Source of the DNA: Ancylomarina euxinus
Lineage (GTDB): Bacteria > Bacteroidota > Bacteroidia > Bacteroidales > Marinifilaceae
DNA length: 32,000 nucleotides
Direction of reading: 5' to 3'
Assembly (NCBI RefSeq): GCF_003863355.1
Contig: NZ_QQWG01000011.1
Span: 68,879-100,878, forward strand
The notes beneath the pieces are model-generated. The model ran no database searches. It had not been told where the DNA came from and was given only the letters and a program-made list of their open reading frames with translations. A program made the position numbers and the translations under genes. This document shows positions 26,760 to 32,000 of the stretch, one piece after another. How positions within the stretch are numbered: the first letter of the stretch is position 1; each line of letters begins with the position of its first letter.

Positions 26760-29700
26760 ATGGAAAAAAAACGAGAAAAGTCCTCCTATTTTTATGAGAA
26801 TATTCTCAGAGGGAAACGACTGTTACTCACGCTTTTAATGATAGGCGTGATTCATGCGAGTTCATTTGGAACTCCACAACCTACATTTTTGAACATCGAA
26901 TTAAATCAAACTTCTCTAATTGAAGTCTTTAACACCATTAAAAGACAATCGGATTATACTTTCCTTTATAGTGTAGAAGATGTTGAAGTTTTTAAAAATA
27001 TTTCGATCACTAATAAAAGTGGTGATATCAAAGATATTCTTGATGAAAGTTTAAAAGGGACAAACTTAGAATACAAGATTAAAGATAAGGTTATTATCAT
27101 CAAGCCTGCCACTAACAAAGAGCAGAAGATGAGTCCTAATTCAGGTCAGACACAAGAAAAGAAGACGATCACTGGAATTATTAAAGATGATCAAAATATG
27201 GCTTTACCCGGTGTTTCCGTAGTAATAAAGGGTACCAGTACGGGGGTTTCTACTGACATCGATGGAAAATATTCAATTGATGTTCCTGTAAAAGGAACTG
27301 TTCTTGTATTCTCTTTTATTGGTATGAATCCTCAAGAAATTTCAATTACAAATCAAACACAACTCAATATTACATTAAGCTCTTCATCAGAACAACTTAA
27401 TGAGGTAACAGTTGTTGTAAGTAATGGTTATCAAAAAATTGATCGACGTTTATTTACTGGAGCTGCTACAAAGATTGATGCAAAACAAGCAAAGGTAGAT
27501 GGGATTGTTGATGTTGGGCGAATGCTAGAAGGGAAAGTCGCTGGAGTATCAGTTCAAAATGTTTCAGGAACCTTTGGAGCCGCTCCAAAAATTAGAGTTC
27601 GTGGAGCTTCATCGATTTATGGAGATACTAAACCTTTATGGGTCGTAGATGGTGTTGTATTAGAAGATGTTGTTGATATTTCACCTGATGAATTATCATC
27701 AGGCGATGTTTCCACACTAATTAGTTCTTCAGTTGCAGGAATCAATGCAGATGATATTGCATCCTTTTCAATTTTAAAGGATGCTTCTGCAACAGCTCTT
27801 TATGGAGCAAGAGCAATGAATGGTGTCATTGTGATCACAACAAAAAAAGGTAACGCTGGAAAAACCACAGTAAATATCACATCTGAAATGACAGTAAAGC
27901 AGAAGCCTAATTATGGGCAGTATGACATAATGAACTCGCAGGAGCAGATGTCAATGTTTACTGATATGGAAAGAAAAGGATGGTTGACTCATGCCAGCAT
28001 GGCGAGATCTCAAGATGGTGGTATTTATTTCAAAATGTATAATGCAATCAATACCTATGATGCTGAACAAGGTAAATTTGCTTTAGATAATACCCCTGAA
28101 GCAAGAACCAATTTCTTAAGAAGATATGAATATGCCAATACCGATTGGTTTGATATCTTATTTCGAAATTCCTTACAGCAAAACCATTCAGTATCTATTT
28201 CTGGTGGGTCAGACAAATCTAAATTTTATGTCTCCACAAGTTGGTTACACGATGACGGTTGGACCATTGCGGATCAAGTTGATCGATATACAATCAACAT
28301 GAGAGGTGATTTCGAATTGAGTGATAAACTATCAGTCGGAATTCAAACCAAGGGATCAATTAGAGAACAGGAAACGCCTGGTTCCTTTGATCGTACAAAT
28401 GATGTAGTTAATGGTAACTACAAAAGGGAATTTGATATTAATCCATTCTCCTATGCAATGAATACGAGTAGAACCATTACGCCTTATGATGAAAATGGTA
28501 ATCTTGAGTATTTTAGAATGAATCATGCTCCATTTAATGTTATAAATGAGTACAAAAACAACAAGAATGAATTGAATGTTCTGGATTTGAATATTCAAGC
28601 AGATTTAAGCTATAAGTTCAATAAAAATTTGAACTATAAATTCATTGGTTCTCTTCGCTATGTAAAATCTACTAACGAACATAAGATAATGGGTGAGTCT
28701 AATGTCGCGAGAGCTTATCGCGCAAATGATGACGCAACAGTAGCAGAAGCAAATCGATATTTATATACTGATCCGGAAAACCCAAATGCTAACCCTGTTG
28801 TTGTTTTACCTCATGGAGGTTTCTACAATAGAGAAGATAATTCATTAAAAAATTACTATTTCAGAAATATTATTAATTGGAATAAAACCTTTGATGAAAC
28901 CCATATCGTAAATGTGTTGGCTGGGCAAGAATTAAAATATGTTGATAGACAAAAAACATACTTCAATGGTTACGGATACCAGTATGATAAAGGGGGTGTC
29001 GTGTATACCGATCCTAATATTATCAAGTCGACTGTACAATCAGGTTATTCATATTTTGGAATGACACCTTTACGTGATCGTTCGATTGCAGCTTTTACCA
29101 ATGTTGGTTATTCTTACAAAGGAAAATACACCTTTAACGGTACTGCACGTATTGATGGCTCCAATAAACTAGGTGAAGCTAAAAGCGCAAGATATCTTCC
29201 AACCTGGAATGTTTCGGGTAAATGGGATGTAAAATCTGAATCTTTCTTAGCAAATGTAGATGCTATTTCATATTTGCAATTAAGAGGTACTTATGGATTA
29301 ACCGCAAGCATGGGGCGTTCAACAAACTCCCAAATCGTTTTAAGAAATGAATTAACAACTACTCCATATGAATCGGAAAGACAAAATGGAATGGTAATTA
29401 GCGCACTAGAGAACTCTGAGTTAACTTGGGAAAAGCAATATGAAACCAATCTTGGCTTCGACATCGGATTATTTAACAACCGAATTAGTTTACAGACTGA
29501 TGTGTACAAGAGAAATGGCTTTGATTTAATTGCTGCGATTAGAACTTCAGGAATTGGTGGTGAAGCATGGAAATATGCAAATTATGCTGACATGGAGTCA
29601 AAAGGTATTGAATTTACTTTAAATACTAAAAATATCAAGACAAATGATTTTTCTTGGACAACTAATCTAACATTTGCATATAACGAGAATGAAATCACCA

Positions 29701-30431
29701 AGCTTGAATCAAAACCAAATATCTTTTCGTTAGTTAAATCTGAAGGTGGGGCAATTCTTGGAGGACCGGTAAGAGGTCTATATTCAATTCCTTTTGCAGG
29801 ACTAAATGAAGATGGAATTCCAACATTTAAAGATGCAAATGGAGAGACAACTCAAGATGTCTATTTTCAGGACAAAGACACAGAATATCTAAAATATGAA
29901 GGTTCTATAGATCCAAAAGTAACAGGTGGTCTATCAAATCAAATCAAGTACAAAAACTGGAACCTAAACATTTTCATGACCTATCAAATGGGTAATAAAA
30001 TCCGCTTATACCCTTCCTTTCATGCCAATTATAGTGATATGGATGCAATCACACGTGACATGAATAACAGATGGATTATGAAAGGAGATGAAAAATTAAC
30101 TACTATTCCAACGCTAGTATCAAAAAGAATGTACGATAAATATGGTTCAGATTTAGAATCAACTTATAATGCATACAACTATTCAGATCAAAGAGTTGCT
30201 AAAGGTGATTTCGTTCGAATGAAAGAGATATCATTAAGCTATAATTTACCTAAATCTGCTCTTCAAAAAATTGGTTTAAACTCTGCTCAAGTAAAAGCAC
30301 AAGGAACAAATTTATTTCTGCTGTATTCTGATTCAAAATTAAACGGACAAGATCCTGAATTCTTTGGAGCTGGTGGTGTTGCAATGCCAGTTGCTAAGCA
30401 GTATACAGTAACCTTAAAACTAGGATTTTAA
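26760..30431 (+). CDS. SusC/RagA-family TonB-dependent outer-membrane transporter with N-terminal signalling (STN) extension
   Basis: In order: an STN-like segment (LIEVFNTIKRQSDYTFLY), a CarboxypepD_reg-like segment (ITGIIKDDQNMALPGVSVVIKGTSTGVSTDIDGKYSI), a plug (LKDASATALYGARAMNGVIVITTKKG), a long beta-barrel, and a C-terminal aromatic residue (LKLGF). The likely start is MEKKREK at 26760; the tracked ORF begins at 26682. Confidence 0.9.
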   Translation: MEKKREKSSYFYENILRGKRLLLTLLMIGVIHASSFGTPQPTFLNIELNQTSLIEVFNTIKRQSDYTFLYSVEDVEVFKNISITNKSGDIKDILDESLKGTNLEYKIKDKVIIIKPATNKEQKMSPNSGQTQEKKTITGIIKDDQNMALPGVSVVIKGTSTGVSTDIDGKYSIDVPVKGTVLVFSFIGMNPQEISITNQTQLNITLSSSSEQLNEVTVVVSNGYQKIDRRLFTGAATKIDAKQAKVDGIVDVGRMLEGKVAGVSVQNVSGTFGAAPKIRVRGASSIYGDTKPLWVVDGVVLEDVVDISPDELSSGDVSTLISSSVAGINADDIASFSILKDASATALYGARAMNGVIVITTKKGNAGKTTVNITSEMTVKQKPNYGQYDIMNSQEQMSMFTDMERKGWLTHASMARSQDGGIYFKMYNAINTYDAEQGKFALDNTPEARTNFLRRYEYANTDWFDILFRNSLQQNHSVSISGGSDKSKFYVSTSWLHDDGWTIADQVDRYTINMRGDFELSDKLSVGIQTKGSIREQETPGSFDRTNDVVNGNYKREFDINPFSYAMNTSRTITPYDENGNLEYFRMNHAPFNVINEYKNNKNELNVLDLNIQADLSYKFNKNLNYKFIGSLRYVKSTNEHKIMGESNVARAYRANDDATVAEANRYLYTDPENPNANPVVVLPHGGFYNREDNSLKNYYFRNIINWNKTFDETHIVNVLAGQELKYVDRQKTYFNGYGYQYDKGGVVYTDPNIIKSTVQSGYSYFGMTPLRDRSIAAFTNVGYSYKGKYTFNGTARIDGSNKLGEAKSARYLPTWNVSGKWDVKSESFLANVDAISYLQLRGTYGLTASMGRSTNSQIVLRNELTTTPYESERQNGMVISALENSELTWEKQYETNLGFDIGLFNNRISLQTDVYKRNGFDLIAAIRTSGIGGEAWKYANYADMESKGIEFTLNTKNIKTNDFSWTTNLTFAYNENEITKLESKPNIFSLVKSEGGAILGGPVRGLYSIPFAGLNEDGIPTFKDANGETTQDVYFQDKDTEYLKYEGSIDPKVTGGLSNQIKYKNWNLNIFMTYQMGNKIRLYPSFHANYSDMDAITRDMNNRWIMKGDEKLTTIPTLVSKRMYDKYGSDLESTYNAYNYSDQRVAKGDFVRMKEISLSYNLPKSALQKIGLNSAQVKAQGTNLFLLYSDSKLNGQDPEFFGAGGVAMPVAKQYTVTLKLGF

Positions 30432-30442
30432 AATCGACTCTT

Positions 30443-31951
30443 ATGAAATTTAAATATTTATATCTAATGATCGCTGCCATAAACCTTATGGCATGTGATA
30501 ATTATCTGGACACAACTCCAGACGATAGAACCAGTTTAGATTCTCCAGAAAAAGTAAGTGAGTTACTGGTTAATGCTTATCCTGACAACTCTTATGGTAT
30601 GTTCTGCTTTTCGATGAGTGACAATGCTGAAGACAAAGGTTCAGGAACAATACTTCAGTCTAATGCCGATGCATATTCATGGGATAAATTCACTGATGTA
30701 GCTCAAGATAGTCCAACTGGATATTGGGATGCTTGTTATAAAGCCATTTCCCATTCTAACGAAGCTTTAGACTTTCTTAAATCTAAAGTTACAGGAGAAG
30801 AAGATGGTAAGAAAATATTCGAATCCTTTTATGCTCCCTACTATGGGGAAGCATTGGTTGCAAGAGCTTATGCTCATTTCATGCTCGTTAACCTATGGTC
30901 TAAAACATATGATCCAAAAACTGCAGGAAGTGATATAGGAATTCCATATGTAACTACTCCTGAAAAAACTGTTCTAGTTAATTATGATAGAGGAACTGTT
31001 GCTGGAGTATATGCTCAAATTGAAAAAGATCTACTTGAAGGTTTACCATACATTAAGGATAATGCTTACGAGGTTCCTAAATATCACCTAAATTTCGATG
31101 CTGCAAATGCTTTTGCATCTCGTTTTTATTTAATGAAAGGAGAATGGCCTAATGTAATTAAATACAGCAACCTTGTTTTAGGTTCAGATCCTACTACTAA
31201 ATTTAGAGATTTAAATGGTGCTTATACTAAGCTAGGTCTTAATGAACAGGAAGCTCAATATAATAAAGCTGAGGAGCCATCTAATCTACTTCTTGCCAGC
31301 ACTGTTTCTAGATGGTTTAACTATTATTTTGCAAAAGCTAGATATTCGATGACATACAATATCCAGAATTCATTATTTAACAATGTATTTGTGGGTGGTA
31401 CTTGGGCATTATCAGCTGCAGCATATGGTTCTGAACATAAATTAATGCTAAAATGGGGATATTTCTTTAAGCGTGAAAGTTTAAATGCAAATACGGGTTG
31501 GTATTATACAATGACTCCTTTATTTTCATCTGAAGAGGTACTTTTTAATCGTGCTGAAGCCTACGCAATGCTCAATCAAAAATCAGATGCTATAGCTGAC
31601 ATTAATTACATTCTTAGTAAAAGAATTAAGAGCTATAATTCTACTACACATGAAGCAACTGCTGTTAATATTGAAAATGCATATAAGGAATCTAAAGTCG
31701 AATTTAAACTTAATCCATTCTATAATTCAACTATAGAATCACGTGATATACTGAACTGTATTATTGATCTTAAACGAAAGGAGTTCTACTACGAAGGGCA
31801 TAGATGGTTCGACATTAGAAGATTTAATTTAGCTGTTGAACACAAAATTGATAAGAGTTCACCAATCTTGTTAACAGATAAAGATCCTAGAAAGCAACTT
31901 CAGATTCCAGAATCAGCTCAGTCATACGGTATTGCGGCAAACCCACGATAG
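30443..31951 (+). CDS. SusD/RagB-family nutrient-binding outer-membrane lipoprotein
   Basis: Lipobox (INLMAC) and TPR-like helical content. The RKEFYYEGHRWFDIRR motif is typical of SusD-like proteins. It lies immediately downstream of SusC. Confidence 0.9.
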   Translation: MKFKYLYLMIAAINLMACDNYLDTTPDDRTSLDSPEKVSELLVNAYPDNSYGMFCFSMSDNAEDKGSGTILQSNADAYSWDKFTDVAQDSPTGYWDACYKAISHSNEALDFLKSKVTGEEDGKKIFESFYAPYYGEALVARAYAHFMLVNLWSKTYDPKTAGSDIGIPYVTTPEKTVLVNYDRGTVAGVYAQIEKDLLEGLPYIKDNAYEVPKYHLNFDAANAFASRFYLMKGEWPNVIKYSNLVLGSDPTTKFRDLNGAYTKLGLNEQEAQYNKAEEPSNLLLASTVSRWFNYYFAKARYSMTYNIQNSLFNNVFVGGTWALSAAAYGSEHKLMLKWGYFFKRESLNANTGWYYTMTPLFSSEEVLFNRAEAYAMLNQKSDAIADINYILSKRIKSYNSTTHEATAVNIENAYKESKVEFKLNPFYNSTIESRDILNCIIDLKRKEFYYEGHRWFDIRRFNLAVEHKIDKSSPILLTDKDPRKQLQIPESAQSYGIAANPR

Positions 31952-31967
31952 TTAAAAAAAATACATT

Positions 31968-32000
31968 ATGAGAAAAATATATTATTTACTGGCTATCAGT
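31968..32000 (+). CDS. Start of a further PUL gene (signal-peptide-like N-terminus, truncated by the window end)
   Basis: ATG at 31968 followed by MRKIYYLLAIS. Only 11 codons are visible. Confidence 0.35.
   Translation, partial: MRKIYYLLAIS

Noticed and set aside
1056-29509. Many 60-116-codon ORFs lying antisense to, or out of frame within, confidently assigned genes. Examples: 1056..1370, 1664..1855, 3444..3677, 5586..5792, 6160..6417, 7153..7383, 7552..7737, 10484..10834, 10876..11115, 11162..11395, 11714..11896, 13501..13695, 16165..16419, 16432..16653, 19097..19309, 19331..19537, 20385..20895, 21591..21785, 23859..24180, 26242..26454, 28356..28598, 29291..29509.
   Set aside because: They are shadow ORFs of the kind expected in AT-rich DNA. 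Each overlaps a gene with strong motif support, and their translations are low-complexity or Ser/Phe/Ile/Cys-rich with no recognisable motifs.
1-32000. Genomic island or mobile element anywhere in the window
   Set aside because: There is no integrase, transposase, recombinase or phage gene, no flanking tRNA or long direct or inverted terminal repeats, and only a mild local GC rise in 4159..4905.

Overview
AT-rich segment (roughly 35-38% GC by eye) with clear Bacteroidota hallmarks: an ECF-sigma/FecR/SusC/SusD locus, a GldH-type gliding lipoprotein, Cys-lipobox signal peptides and TAnnTTTG-type promoter boxes. Left to right: a truncated membrane-protein start (minus strand); a tandem pair of paralogous coiled-coil lipoproteins; a small 4-TM protein; a 6-TM voltage-gated-type K+ channel; an orphan helical protein. 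Then a six-gene minus-strand mevalonate-pathway operon (acyl-CoA dehydrogenase, type-2 IPP isomerase, class II HMG-CoA reductase, an unusual GHMP kinase, diphosphomevalonate decarboxylase, mevalonate kinase). Next comes a housekeeping block (NfeD, holB, PSP1/RicT-like, gldH, trmB, a Cys-less MGMT/ATL protein, apbC/mrp, metG, ldcA, YraN, MmcQ/YjbR, a secreted C1 peptidase). The window ends with the start of a polysaccharide/nutrient utilisation locus under trans-envelope signalling control. I found no rRNA, tRNA, CRISPR array, transposase, integrase or phage genes. I also found no convincing multi-gene novel system. The best second-look candidates are: (1) a 4 x 42-bp in-phase repeat island isolated between two inward-facing terminators (18723..19078); (2) the mevalonate operon, which has a third non-canonical GHMP kinase and no HMG-CoA synthase; (3) the tandem lipoprotein duplication with co-duplicated promoter blocks and a 78-nt near-identical patch. 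All functional calls come from motif and architecture recognition by eye. No searches were run.
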